Origin: a virus
Lineage: Duplodnaviria > Heunggongvirae > Uroviricota > Caudoviricetes
IMG/VR virus record: IMGVR_UViG_2909262264_000002
Location: 1 to 41,038 of that record
Reading direction: 5' to 3' (one strand)
Length of the DNA: 41,038 nt
Part shown: piece by piece, positions 1 to 8,898 of the stretch
Layout of the letters: each line of letters begins with the position of its first letter
Numbering within the stretch: the first letter of the stretch is position 1
The notes under the pieces: model-generated
What the model was told of the DNA's origin: nothing
Seen by the model: only the letters and a program-made list of their open reading frames with translations
The model's database searches: none
Made by a program: the position numbers and the translations under genes

Positions 1-1074
1 TCATTTGTCGATTTCAATTTTGTCCCATTCCCGTCCACGGCTGTCCCTATACCGCGCCGCCATTGAATCTGATTTATGCCCGAGAAGACGTTGAGCAAAC
101 TTATCGCCAATCTGGTTCCGGTATAGCCTCGCTGACAGGCTACGCAGTTCATGGAATGTTGGCGGGTTTCCATCAAATGAGAGGCCAGATGCATTTCTCG
201 CCTTTGTAAAATACTTTGATACTGTTTTCGGGGAAAGCGGATCGTGATGCTTTGATGCGATTATAGTTTCACTGCTGCTGGCCTCCCTGCATTTCTGTAG
301 TGTATCAGCCAATGAGATATTGAGCGCGTCAATCGTTAGCGTTAGCGGAATGGCGAGTTTAGCCCCTGTTTTACTCTGTTTAATGTGAAGATGGTTGTCG
401 TTTATGTCTGACCATTTCATTCTGCACAAATCGCCGACTCTCTGCCCTGTAACGACGGCCAAATCCATCGCCAGCCTTAGCCAGATAGGGAGAGGTTCGG
501 CTGCATGGTAAATCTCGACATACTCATTAGCTGTCAGCCTTGAGCGCCTTACTTCTGACTTTGCTGTACGGGTTGCTGTTACCGGATTCGTTGCCACATG
601 CCCCTCGGCTATTGCTTCACGAAAAACGTCAACAAGGGTTGACCTGATTAATTTTGCGGAAGCTGCTTTACCTTCTGCTACGTAGGTGTTTAGCATTGCT
701 GCCACTTCTTTCGTTGATATGTCAGTGAGCGGTTTGTCCGGCAATTTTCTTCGGATTGCCCTGATTTTGCTGGCGTAGTCGAGTAGAGTTTTCGGCCTGA
801 TCCCCCTTTCGGTGAGGATTGTTTCATATCGGTCAAGCCACACATGAAGAGTGATTGCGTCACCGCCTTTAATTCTGTCTATTAGTGATTTGCGTCCGCT
901 GTCTGAGAGTAATTCAATATTGGCCTGTATTGCTTCAGTGATTGCTATCCTCCTGTCTCGGCCTAAACCAAACTCTTTACCCGTCCTTGGGTCCCTGTAG
1001 CAGTAATATCCATTGTTTCTTATATAAAGGTTAGGGGGTAAATCCCGGCGCTCATGACTTCGCCTTCTTCCCAT
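1..1074 (-). CDS. int: Tyrosine integrase, lambda Int family (357 aa)
   Basis: ORF translation starts MGRRRSHERRDLPPNLYIRNNGYYCYRDPRTGKEFGLG and ends with the R..HxxR..Y catalytic region, nearly colinear with lambda Int as I remember it; stop codon at 1..3. Confidence 0.95.
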   Translation of the reverse strand: MGRRRSHERRDLPPNLYIRNNGYYCYRDPRTGKEFGLGRDRRIAITEAIQANIELLSDSGRKSLIDRIKGGDAITLHVWLDRYETILTERGIRPKTLLDYASKIRAIRRKLPDKPLTDISTKEVAAMLNTYVAEGKAASAKLIRSTLVDVFREAIAEGHVATNPVTATRTAKSEVRRSRLTANEYVEIYHAAEPLPIWLRLAMDLAVVTGQRVGDLCRMKWSDINDNHLHIKQSKTGAKLAIPLTLTIDALNISLADTLQKCREASSSETIIASKHHDPLSPKTVSKYFTKARNASGLSFDGNPPTFHELRSLSARLYRNQIGDKFAQRLLGHKSDSMAARYRDSRGREWDKIEIDK

Positions 1075-1270
1075 TTCTGATCCTCTTCAAAAGGCTACCT
1101 GTTACTGGTCGATTTAAGTCAACCTTTACCGCTGATTCGTGGAACAGATACTCTCTTCCATCCTTAACCGGAGGAGGGAATATCCTGCATTCGCGCACCC
1201 ATCGACGAACTGTTTCAAGGCTTCTTGGGCGTCGCTGGCGAGCGTTCCACTCCTGAAGTGTCAAGTACAT
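1052..1270 (-). CDS. xis: Excisionase (72 aa)
   Basis: Internal start MYLTLQEWNARQRRPRSLETVRRWVRECRIFPPPVKDGREYLFHESAVKVDLNRPVTGSLLKRIRNGKKAKS matches lambda Xis; overlaps int start as in lambda. The longer 102-aa ORF in the track is probably an N-terminal over-extension. Confidence 0.85.
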   Translation of the reverse strand: MYLTLQEWNARQRRPRSLETVRRWVRECRIFPPPVKDGREYLFHESAVKVDLNRPVTGSLLKRIRNGKKAKS

Positions 1271-1387
1271 CGCAAAGTCTCCGCAATTACACGCAAGAAA
1301 AAGCCGCATTGATGCGGCGATGGTAGGTCTGGATATCATTGAGCAATGAACAGGCCTCATCGAGTGTGAGGCGGTGTTATTTCATGG

Positions 1388-1648
1388 TTAGTCCTTGCGT
1401 AGCTCGCTGATTCTTCTGTAAGTCTCTGGTGCTTTGTTTCCGTGTATCTTCATTTCAGACTTCAACAGAGCAACGAGGGAATCCCATTCGTTGAGGATTC
1501 CTTTGAATGCCGGAACGCGCTTTGCAACCTTGTTGAATGAATCTCTGATTTCTGGAATCTGCTCAACAAGTGCAACGCATCGTCTGAAATCGGCTGCGTC
1601 ATGGGGAGCGCCGAAGTGATGACCATAGATATTCTTTTCAGTCCACAT
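1388..1648 (-). CDS. Hypothetical protein (86 aa), int-proximal accessory region
   Basis: Intact ORF with natural amino-acid composition, same strand as neighbours; no function recognised. Confidence 0.45.
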   Translation of the reverse strand: MWTEKNIYGHHFGAPHDAADFRRCVALVEQIPEIRDSFNKVAKRVPAFKGILNEWDSLVALLKSEMKIHGNKAPETYRRISELRKD

Positions 1649-1742
1649 GCGATTGAGGCAAGAGTTGCGCTACTGATGCCGACATCGCCAGTCGATTGCC
1701 ATTTCAAAACCTTCATAGCCAAATCTGACATTTCTTGTCTCC

Positions 1743-1770
1743 AATAAAAAACCGCCATCAGGCGGCTTGG
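1743..1770 (-). terminator. Putative intrinsic terminator (leftward transcription)
   Basis: Plus strand AAAAAACCGCCATCAGGCGGC; read on the minus strand this is hairpin GCCGCCTGATGGCGG followed by a T-run. Confidence 0.4.
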
Positions 1771-1925
1771 TGTTCTTTCAGTTCTTCAATTCGAATATTG
1801 GTTACGTCTGCATGTGCTATCTGCGCCCATAGCATCCAGTGGTCATAGCAGTCATTGATGTTCTCTGCTTCGATAACTCTGTTGAATGGTTCTCCATTCC
1901 ATTCACCTGTGACTCGGAAGTGCAT
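1758..1925 (-). CDS. Small hypothetical protein (about 55 aa, MHFRVTGEWNGEPFNRVIEAENINDCYDHWMLWAQIAHADVTNIRIEELKEHQAA)
   Basis: ATG-initiated ORF below the ORF-track size cut-off; its stop lies inside the terminator hairpin. Hand-translated. Confidence 0.35.
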   Translation of the reverse strand: MHFRVTGEWNGEPFNRVIEAENINDCYDHWMLWAQIAHADVTNIRIEELKEHQAA

Positions 1926-2008
1926 TTATCATCTCCATAAAACAAAACTCGCCGTAGCGAGTTCAGATATAATTTCCACCAAAGGCAGTAGTTGCTTGAT
2001 GCTAAGAA

Positions 2009-2437
2009 TTATTCAATATCTATTCCTGTAATATCTTTTATCTTTTTCCTTGCAAAGCCTTTTGCTAGTGATTTTGAAACACTCATAAGTGTACTAATTC
2101 CCTCATCCTTAAAGTTTGTTTTTATAGCTTGCCAGACATCCTTTTGACGTAAGTCAGCAATAAAATCATGCCCTCTTGCTGTCAACCTCAGTGGTACTTC
2201 GATCCAACTATATCCAACACCTTCCCCTAACGCTTTGGACATTATATGACCGAACCCAGGTTTTCCATCAACCCTGACTATTAATTCGTAGTCACATAAT
2301 AATCGCATATGGAAAATAAAATCTTGGTCATATCTATTAAAACCATTATCCTCTAGTTCACTAAGCATCGTGTCAGGGCCACGAGTTTTTTCGAATGCGA
2401 TAAGTAGATCTTTTAGATATTGCTGGTCTAATTTCAT
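2009..2437 (-). CDS. Hypothetical protein (142 aa); paralog of the ORF at 17061..17468
   Basis: Shares aligned blocks with the 135-aa ORF at 17061..17468 (DQQYLKDLLIAFEK vs DLEYLKGMLGVFIK; RLTARGHDFIADLRQKDVWQAIKT vs RLTSSGQEFAETLQQKDVFEKLKT; C-terminal ARKKI vs AKKKF). Resembles small uncharacterised prophage proteins (possibly DUF2513, from memory only). Confidence 0.6.
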   Translation of the reverse strand: MKLDQQYLKDLLIAFEKTRGPDTMLSELEDNGFNRYDQDFIFHMRLLCDYELIVRVDGKPGFGHIMSKALGEGVGYSWIEVPLRLTARGHDFIADLRQKDVWQAIKTNFKDEGISTLMSVSKSLAKGFARKKIKDITGIDIE

Positions 2438-2465
2438 TGCCGCCTCCGTGACATGTCACAGAGAT

Positions 2466-2804
2466 TTATATCATTAATTTTGTTTCGTGCCAGCCTTTGG
2501 TCACCCAGCATTGTGAGTCACCATTACACGGGCATGAATTAACAGGAACTCTCTCGCCGCACTTACCGCAACGTTTTCTGCTGATCGATTTTATACGCCA
2601 GCGCACACGTGCATCATCCTGGCGGCTCAGTAACGCGATGTACTCACCAAACTCGCAAGGCGCACGCCTGAAGCGACGCGTGGCACAGTTACGCTCCAGC
2701 ATTTCAATTTCCTGAGCATCAAGTACAAGCTCCAGCTTACGCATACCGGATGATGCTTGCTTGGCTCTCTGATCGGCTTTGTGCTCTGTTGCTGATTTAG
2801 CCAT
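2466..2804 (-). CDS. Hypothetical Cys-rich protein (112 aa), possible zinc ribbon
   Basis: C-terminal CGKCGERVPVNSCPCNGDSQC cluster; lies 28 nt upstream of the 2009..2437 gene on the same strand, so likely co-transcribed. Confidence 0.5.
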   Translation of the reverse strand: MAKSATEHKADQRAKQASSGMRKLELVLDAQEIEMLERNCATRRFRRAPCEFGEYIALLSRQDDARVRWRIKSISRKRCGKCGERVPVNSCPCNGDSQCWVTKGWHETKLMI

Positions 2805-2998
2805 TCTGCTTTTCCTGCATCAGGAGAAAGACAATCATGGCGGCGCGGATACTTCCGGTATCTTTTTACGCGATATTCCCCTTCAATGGCACATACAAAA
2901 AGAGAGCCATCCACAGGAGTGATTGAGGAATCGACAACCAGCAACGCTTAATTATCTATAGTGTCGTATTTGCTTCATAAAATATGGCGAATAACACA

Positions 2999-3032
2999 AA
3001 GCCCGCAGCAGCTCATTGTGCGGGCTTTTCTT
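2999..3032 (-). terminator. Putative intrinsic terminator (hairpin GCCCGCA...TGCGGGC flanked by T-rich tracts)
   Basis: Inverted repeat in the intergenic region immediately 3' of the minus-strand gene 3098..3712. Confidence 0.45.
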
Positions 3033-3097
3033 ATACCTACTTCCTAGAGATAATTCTATGGAGGCATTAAATCAATACTGTCATTGGTAATATCATA

Positions 3098-3712
3098 TTA
3101 TCTAAAAGTCTTTCCACTTTTAACATCTAGGTATATTCTGTTCGACAACGTCATTCCTCCGCAATATGTGAAATAGATGTTTTCACCCTTATTGCTTGAT
3201 GCCATCCACCCTCCGATTTCCTTAAAATCGCTTTCCGTGCAGACCCCTTCATTTATTAACTTCCTAGCTGCCGAAGAAAACTCTTTTTTGTATATACGGT
3301 AGTCATCAGATCCTTTGATTAAAGTATCATCTCCGCTCGCATTTTCAGCAGGATCTGATGGCCTTTCACTGCTAAGATCACTAAGTTTAACCCATTCTGA
3401 AAACTTGCCATTAACGATTCCATTTTTTCTTGTGCAGGATTTATTACCTTCTTTAATATATTCGCTTTCCCCTCCAACACATGAGGCTGAATATGGCTCA
3501 GTTATACGAACCCATTCACCTTTTTTTTCTAGAAAATCTACGCCTTCCCTGAAAAATAGTTTCCCAGCCACTCCACATTTACTTGAAGGGCAGGTATGTC
3601 TTTCCGTTCGATCAACAACAACCCATAGTTTTGATTCATTTTTTGCCATTGCCGATGGTATTTGAGATGAGACAATTAACGTAAGCCCTAAAATTAGTAT
3701 TGATTTTTTCAT
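3098..3712 (-). CDS. Secreted/periplasmic Cys-containing protein of unknown function (204 aa)
   Basis: N-terminus MKKSILILGLTLIVSSQIPSAMA-KNE looks like a Sec signal peptide with an AxA cleavage site; mature part has several Cys; local sequence is AT-richer by eye. Confidence 0.6.
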   Translation of the reverse strand: MKKSILILGLTLIVSSQIPSAMAKNESKLWVVVDRTERHTCPSSKCGVAGKLFFREGVDFLEKKGEWVRITEPYSASCVGGESEYIKEGNKSCTRKNGIVNGKFSEWVKLSDLSSERPSDPAENASGDDTLIKGSDDYRIYKKEFSSAARKLINEGVCTESDFKEIGGWMASSNKGENIYFTYCGGMTLSNRIYLDVKSGKTFR

Positions 3713-4010
3713 TGTAATTTCCTTTTACTTTTTACAAAGCGTTTAATCATGGCTGATTATCTCTAAGCGTAGTAACAGCCTTGTGCGAAACATGTTACCA
3801 AATCGCCATTTCAGTGTATCCGCAGTTAGGCTGCCACTTCAAGGATTCCTAATTACATGGTACGTAAGCGTAAAATCCCGTTGGTTGGCTGGTAATAACT
3901 CTGATCAAATCTCCCTTGTCTTTTGCTCTTACGTATGCAGCTCTTGTGTATTCAACCCAGGCCTCCAGTTCAGCAATACGCTTACTTCCATCCGAGATAA
4001 CACCTTCTAC

Positions 4011-4262
4011 TCACGCTGCTCGTTGAGTTTTGATTTTTGCTGTCTCCAGCTCAACACGCAGTTTCCCCACCGTTAGCGCAATATCCTCGTTCTCCTGGTC
4101 GCGGCGTTTGATGTATTGCTGGTTTCTTTCCCGTTCATCCAGCAGTGTCAGCACAATCGATGGTGTTACCAGCTCATGGAAAAGGTCCGCGTCAAATCCC
4201 CAGTTGTCATGCATTGCCTGCTCTGCCGCTTCACGCAGTGCCTGAGAGTGAATTACGCTCAC
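4011..4262 (-). CDS. Hypothetical protein (83 aa), apparently GTG-initiated
   Basis: ORF track; the start codon position reads GTG. My hand count of this ORF disagreed with the track by 1 nt, so boundaries are approximate. Confidence 0.45.
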   Translation of the reverse strand: MSVIHSQALREAAEQAMHDNWGFDADLFHELVTPSIVLTLLDERERNQQYIKRRDQENEDIALTVGKLRVELETAKIKTQRAA

Positions 4263-4480
4263 TTCGAACCTCTCTGTTTACTGATAAGCTCCAGATCTTC
4301 CTGGCAACTTGCACAAGTCCGACAACCCTGAACGGCCAGGCGTCTTCGCTCATCTATGGGATCGCCACACTCACAACAATGAGTGGCAGATACAGCCTGG
4401 TGGTTCAGGCGGCGCATTTTTATTGCTGTGTTGCGCTGTAATTCTTCAATTTCTGATGCTGAATCAATGATGTCTGCCAT
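4259..4480 (-). CDS. TraR/DksA-type C4 zinc-finger protein (73 aa)
   Basis: CCECGDPIDERRRLAVQGCRTCASC gives a CxxC...CxxC pattern with a spacing typical of the small TraR-like proteins common in lambdoid prophages. Confidence 0.6.
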   Translation of the reverse strand: MADIIDSASEIEELQRNTAIKMRRLNHQAVSATHCCECGDPIDERRRLAVQGCRTCASCQEDLELISKQRGSK

Positions 4481-4578
4481 CTTCCATTAATCCCTGAATT
4501 GTTGGTTAATACGCTTGAGGATGAATGCGAACAATAAAAAAGGAGCCTGTAGCTCCCTGATGATTTTGCTTTTCATGC

Positions 4579-4794
4579 TCACCGTTCCTTAAAGACGCCG
4601 TTTAACATGCCGATCGCCAGGCTTAAATGAGTCGGTGTGAATCCCATCAGCGTTACCGTTTCGCGGTGCTTCTTCAGTACGCTACGGCAAATGTCATCGA
4701 CGTTTTTATCCGGAAACTGCTGTCTGGCTTTTTTGATTTCAGAATTAGCCTGACGGGCAATACTGCGAAGGGCGTTTTCCTGCTGATGTGTCAT
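4579..4794 (-). CDS. Hypothetical protein (about 71 aa from internal Met; ORF track extends to 4860)
   Basis: ORF track; start choice uncertain. Confidence 0.35.
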   Translation of the reverse strand: MTHQQENALRSIARQANSEIKKARQQFPDKNVDDICRSVLKKHRETVTLMGFTPTHLSLAIGMLNGVFKER

Positions 4795-4870
4795 TGAACA
4801 AGTCCCATGTCGGCAAGCATAAGCACACAGAATATGAAGCCCGCTGCCAGAAAAATGCATTCAGTGGTTG

Positions 4871-5062
4871 TCATACCTGGTCTCTCTCATCTGCTTCTGC
4901 TTTCGCCACCATCATTTCCAGCTTTTGTGAAAGGGATGCGGCTAACGTATGAAATTCTTCGTCTGTTTCTACTGGTATTGGCACAAACCTGACTCCAATT
5001 TGAGCGAGGCTATGTGCCATCTCAATGCTCGTTCTTAACTCAACAGGAGATGCTTTGTGCAT
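4871..5062 (-). CDS. Hypothetical protein (63 aa)
   Basis: ORF track, same strand as the early-left operon. Confidence 0.35.
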   Translation of the reverse strand: MHKASPVELRTSIEMAHSLAQIGVRFVPIPVETDEEFHTLAASLSQKLEMMVAKAEADERDQV

Positions 5063-5223
5063 ACAGCTCCCCGTTTATTATTTATCTCCTCAGCCAGCCG
5101 CTGTGCTTTCAGGGGATTTCGGGTAACAGAAAGGCCGGGAAATACCCAGCCTCGCTTTGTAACGGAGTAGACGAAAGTGATCGCGCCTACCCGGATATTA
5201 TCGTGAGGATGCTTCATCGCCAT
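5035..5223 (-). CDS. Hypothetical protein (62 aa)
   Basis: ORF track; short overlaps with the 4871..5062 ORF and with exo. Confidence 0.35.
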   Translation of the reverse strand: MAMKHPHDNIRVGAITFVYSVTKRGWVFPGLSVTRNPLKAQRLAEEINNKRGAVCTKHLLLS

Positions 5224-5894
5224 TGCTCCCCAAATACAAAACCAATTTCAGCCAGTGCCTCGTCCATTTTTTCGATGAACTCCGGCACCATCTCGTCAAA
5301 ACTCGCCATGTACTTTTCATCCCGCTCAACCACGACATAATGCAGGCCTTCACGCTTCATACGCGGGTCATAGTTGGCAAAGTACCAGGCATCTTTTCGC
5401 GTCACCCACATGCTGTACTGCACCTGGGCCATGTAAGCCGACTTTATGGCCTCGAAACCACCGAGCCGGAACTTCATGAAATCCCGGGAGGTAAACGGGC
5501 ATTTCAGCTCAAGACCATTGCCGTCACTGCATAAACCATCGGGAGAGCAGGCGGTGCGCATACTTTCGTCGCGATAGATGATCGGGGATTCAGTAACATT
5601 CACGCCGGAAGTGAATTCAAACAGGGTTCTGGCGTCGTTCTCGTACTGTTTTCCCCAGGCCAGCGCTTTAGCATTAACTTCCGGAGCCACACCGGTGCAA
5701 ACCTCAGCCAGCAGGGTGTGGAAGTAGGACATTTTCATGTCAGGCCACTTCTTTCCTGAGCGGGGCTTTGCTATCACGTTGTGAACTTCTGAAGCGGTGA
5801 TGACGCCGAGCCGTAATTTGTGCCATGCATCATCCCCCTGTTCGACAGCTCTCACGTCGATCCCGGTACGCTGCAGGATAATGTCCGGTGTCAT
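5214..5894 (-). CDS. exo: Lambda exonuclease (Red alpha, 226 aa)
   Basis: Translation [37 protein letters not shown]... matches lambda Exo as I remember it. Confidence 0.95.
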   Translation of the reverse strand: MTPDIILQRTGIDVRAVEQGDDAWHKLRLGVITASEVHNVIAKPRSGKKWPDMKMSYFHTLLAEVCTGVAPEVNAKALAWGKQYENDARTLFEFTSGVNVTESPIIYRDESMRTACSPDGLCSDGNGLELKCPFTSRDFMKFRLGGFEAIKSAYMAQVQYSMWVTRKDAWYFANYDPRMKREGLHYVVVERDEKYMASFDEMVPEFIEKMDEALAEIGFVFGEQWR

Positions 5895-6676
5895 GCTGCC
5901 ACCTTCTGCTCAGTGGCTTTCTGTTTCAGGAATCCAAGAGCTTTCACTGCTTCGGCCTGTGTCAGTTCTGACGATGCGCGAATATCGCGGCGAAATATCT
6001 GGGAACAGAGCGGCAATAAGTCGTCATCCCATGTTTTATCCAGGGCGATCAGCAGAGTGTTAATCTCCTGCATGGTTTCATCGTTAACCGGAGTGATGTC
6101 GCGTTCCGGCTGACGTTCTGCAGTGTATGCAGTATTTTCGACAATGCGCTCGGCTTCATCCTTGTCATAGATACCAGCAAATCCGAAGGCCAGACGGGCA
6201 CACTGAATCATGGCTTTATGCCGCAACATTCGTTTGGGATGCGACTGCCACGGTCCGGTGATTTCTCTGCCTTCGCGGGTTTTGAATGGTTCGCGGCGGC
6301 ATTCATCCATCCACTCGGTAACGCAGATCGGATGATTACGGTCCTTGCGGTAAATCCGGCATGTGCAGGATTCATTGTCCTGCTCAAAGTCCATGCCATC
6401 AAACTGCTGGTTTTCATTGATGATACGGGACCAGCCATCAACGCCCACCACCGGAACGATGCCGTTCTGCTTATCAGGGAAGGCGTAAATTTCTTTCGTC
6501 CACGGATTAAGGCCGTACTGGTTGGCGACGATCAACAATGCGATGAACTGCGCATCGCTGGCATCACCTTTAAATGCCGTCTGGCGAAGAGTGGTGATCA
6601 GTTCCTGTGGGTCGACAGAATCCATGCCGACACGTTCAGCCAGCTTCCCTGCCAGCGTTGCGAGTGCTGTACTCAT
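5891..6676 (-). CDS. bet: Red beta single-strand annealing protein (261 aa)
   Basis: Translation [37 protein letters not shown]... matches lambda Bet; 4-nt overlap with exo. Confidence 0.95.
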   Translation of the reverse strand: MSTALATLAGKLAERVGMDSVDPQELITTLRQTAFKGDASDAQFIALLIVANQYGLNPWTKEIYAFPDKQNGIVPVVGVDGWSRIINENQQFDGMDFEQDNESCTCRIYRKDRNHPICVTEWMDECRREPFKTREGREITGPWQSHPKRMLRHKAMIQCARLAFGFAGIYDKDEAERIVENTAYTAERQPERDITPVNDETMQEINTLLIALDKTWDDDLLPLCSQIFRRDIRASSELTQAEAVKALGFLKQKATEQKVAA

Positions 6677-6681
6677 CCGCT

Positions 6682-7098
6682 TTATACCTCTGAATCAATA
6701 TCAACCTGGTGGTGAGCAATGGTTTCAACCATGTACCGGATGTGTTCTGCCATGCGCTCCTGAAACTCAACATCGTCATCAAACGCACGGGTAATGGCTT
6801 TTTTGCTGGCCCCGTGGCGTTGCAAATGATCGATGCAGAGTGATTCAAACAGGTGCTGGGGCAGACCTTTTTCCATGTCGTCTGCCAGTTCTGCCTCTTT
6901 CTCTTCACGGGCGATCTGCTGGTAGTGACGCGTCCAGCTCTGAGCCTCAAGACGATCCTGAATGTAATAAGCGTTCATGGCTGAACTCCTGAAATAGCTG
7001 TGAAAATATCGCCCGCGAAATGCCGGGCTGATTAGGAAAACAGGAAAGGGGGTTAGTGAATGCTTTTGCTTGATCTCAGTTTCAGTATTAATATCCAT
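6682..7098 (-). CDS. gam: Gam, RecBCD inhibitor (138 aa)
   Basis: Translation [36 protein letters not shown]... matches lambda Gam. Confidence 0.9.
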   Translation of the reverse strand: MDINTETEIKQKHSLTPFPVFLISPAFRGRYFHSYFRSSAMNAYYIQDRLEAQSWTRHYQQIAREEKEAELADDMEKGLPQHLFESLCIDHLQRHGASKKAITRAFDDDVEFQERMAEHIRYMVETIAHHQVDIDSEV

Positions 7099-7196
7099 TT
7101 TTTATAAGCGTCGACGGCCTCACGAAACATCTTTTCATCGCCAATAAAAGTGGCGATAGTGAATTTAGTCTGGATAGCCATAAGTGTTTGATCCAT
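7053..7196 (-). CDS. kil: Kil (47 aa), host cell-division inhibitor
   Basis: The C-terminal 47 aa of the 7053..7322 [50 protein letters not shown], match lambda Kil. Confidence 0.8.
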   Translation of the reverse strand: MDQTLMAIQTKFTIATFIGDEKMFREAVDAYKKWILILKLRSSKSIH

Positions 7197-7329
7197 TTTT
7201 TGGGACTCCTGGCTGATTAAGTATGTCGATAAGGCGTTTCCATCCGTCACGTAATTTACGGGTGATTCGTTCAAGTAAAGATTCGGAAGGGCAGCCAGCA
7301 ACAGGCCACCCTGCAATGGCATATTGCAT
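7165..7329 (-). CDS. cIII: CIII (54 aa), FtsH inhibitor that stabilises CII
   Basis: Hand translation of the minus strand gives [54 protein letters not shown], the lambda CIII sequence; it overlaps the kil start in another frame. Below ORF-track size cut-off. Confidence 0.85.
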   Translation of the reverse strand: MQYAIAGWPVAGCPSESLLERITRKLRDGWKRLIDILNQPGVPKNGSNTYGYPD

Positions 7330-7401
7330 GGTGTGCTCCTTATTTATACATAACGAAAAACGCCTCGAGTGAAGCGTTATTGGTATGCGGTAACGCCGCG
7401 C

Positions 7402-7770
7402 TCAGGCGGCTTTGATAGTCATATCATCTGAATCAAATATTCCTGATGTATCGATATCGGTAATTCTTATTCCTTCGCTACCATCCATTGGAGGCCATCC
7501 TTCCTGACCATTTCCATCATTCCAGTCGAACTCACACACAACACCATATGCATTTAAGTCGCTTGAAATTGCTATAAGCAGAGCATGTTGCGCCAGCATG
7601 ATTAATACAGCATTTAATACAGAGCCGTGTTTATTGAGTCGGTATTCAGAGTCTGACCAGAAATTATTAATCTGGTGAAGTTTTTCCTCTGTCATTACGT
7701 CATGGTCGATTTCAATTTCTATTGATGCTTTCCAGTCGTAATCAATGATGTATTTTTTGATGTTTGACAT
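7402..7770 (-). CDS. ea10: Ea10-like protein (122 aa)
   Basis: Size and position after cIII as in lambda; identification from memory of the lambda Ea10 sequence. Confidence 0.75.
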   Translation of the reverse strand: MSNIKKYIIDYDWKASIEIEIDHDVMTEEKLHQINNFWSDSEYRLNKHGSVLNAVLIMLAQHALLIAISSDLNAYGVVCEFDWNDGNGQEGWPPMDGSEGIRITDIDTSGIFDSDDMTIKAA

Positions 7771-7972
7771 CTATTCATATCCTCACAGAAAAAAATCGCC
7801 CTCACACTGGAGGGCAAAGAAGATTTCCAATAATCAGAACAAGTCGGCTCCTGTTTAGTTACGAGCGACATTGCTCCGTGTATTCACTCGTTGGAATGAA
7901 TACACAGTGCAGTGTTTATTCTGTTATTTATGCCAAAAATAAAGGCCACTATCAGGCAGCTTTGTTGTTCTG

Positions 7973-8152
7973 TTAACCAAGTTCTCTGGCAATCATTGCC
8001 GTCGTTCGTATTGCCCATTTATCGACATATTTCCCATCTTCCATTACAGGAAACATTTCTTCAGGCTTAACCATGCATTCCGATTGCAGCTTGCATCCAT
8101 TGCATCGCTTGAATTGTCCACACCATTGATTTTTATCAATAGTCGTAGTCAT
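7973..8152 (-). CDS. ral: Ral restriction-alleviation protein, C-terminally truncated (59 aa)
   Basis: Hand translation MTTTIDKNQWCGQFKRCNGCKLQSECMVKPEEMFPVMEDGKYVDKWAIRTTAMIARELG then TAA; the next in-frame codons encode QNNKAA then stop, i.e. the tail I remember for the 66-aa lambda Ral. Confidence 0.8.
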   Translation of the reverse strand: MTTTIDKNQWCGQFKRCNGCKLQSECMVKPEEMFPVMEDGKYVDKWAIRTTAMIARELG

Positions 8153-8222
8153 ACGGATAGTCCTGGTATTGTTCCATCACATCCTGAGGATGCTCTTCGA
8201 ACTCTTCAAATTCTTCTTCCAT
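8136..8222 (-). CDS. Lambda orf28-like small protein (28 aa, MEEEFEEFEEHPQDVMEQYQDYPYDYDY)
   Basis: Hand translation; 28 codons overlapping the ral start, as in lambda. Confidence 0.55.
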   Translation of the reverse strand: MEEEFEEFEEHPQDVMEQYQDYPYDYDY

Positions 8223-8530
8223 ATATCACCTCAAATAAGTTGTTTGCTGCGAAAGTAAATACGCTTAAGTTACCTGTTATTTATTCCACCAAGTTCCGTA
8301 TCTATCTATCCAGTTACACCAATCATCGACACTCCATTTTGTTGTGTCGCATTTTGGCAACTGGCATGAATATCTACCTTCTTTGTAAAGTCGGCGTTTG
8401 ACTTTCTTGAGCATGGCTCACCTCAATCGTAATAAGCTGGAATTGATTTTCCGCGTTGCTTCTGGCGGCCTGAGCAGGTAACCCTCATTTCACTGCGTGG
8501 CTTGCGGTAGTAAATTAGATTTGTTCAGAC

Positions 8531-8556
8531 AATAAAAAACCCACCGAAGTGGGCTA
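8531..8556 (-). terminator. Intrinsic terminator (tL1-like) after the N-distal gene
   Basis: On the minus strand: CCCACTTCGGTGGG hairpin followed by TTTTTTATT, immediately after the stop of the 8554..8898 ORF. Confidence 0.6.
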
Positions 8557-8898
8557 TGACCATTTTTTATTTGGATTTCGTTGGTGAGCGTGATTAACAA
8601 CTCTGTGCATTACATCCTCATATTTTTCATCTTCAATTTTTTCGACATCGCGAGGAAATGGTGTTGCTAATGCTTTGTCAACTTTGTCCATTGGTTCTTC
8701 ATTAATCTTATATTCAGGACCGTCATCTATAGCATTAAATCCAGGTGTTACACCGTTTTTTAATGCATATGCTATCCTTTTTTCCCATCTCGCTATTCTC
8801 CTCCTGTCTCGAGATGTAAGACCTCTATCAGATACTTTTCTGTTTTGTCCGCGGTCAGGATTAACATAAATAGTCTTTTTCACCATAAGCATACTCAA
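8554..8898 (-). CDS. Hypothetical basic/charged protein (114 aa) translationally coupled to N
   Basis: Start overlaps the N stop (ATGA); Arg/Lys-rich N-terminal half; no homolog recognised. Confidence 0.55.
   Translation of the reverse strand: MSMLMVKKTIYVNPDRGQNRKVSDRGLTSRDRRRIARWEKRIAYALKNGVTPGFNAIDDGPEYKINEEPMDKVDKALATPFPRDVEKIEDEKYEDVMHRVVNHAHQRNPNKKWS

Noticed and set aside
1434-1619. Plus-strand 61-aa ORF and the overlapping minus-strand 98-aa ORF (1462..1758)
   Set aside because: Both overlap the better-supported minus-strand ORF 1388..1648 in other frames; low-complexity translations.
6208-6794. ORFs 6208..6441 (-), 6218..6715 (+), 6522..6794 (+) and 6636..6950 (-)
   Set aside because: Shadow ORFs in alternative frames or antisense to bet and gam, whose identity is unambiguous.
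7053-7322. 89-aa ORF as one gene
   Set aside because: It is a frame artefact: kil occupies its 3' third and cIII lies in a different frame over the rest.
8222-8414. Possible 45-codon minus-strand ORF upstream of orf28
   Set aside because: Hand-translated only, no recognisable similarity and no clear RBS; lambda sieB/esc equivalents could not be confirmed.
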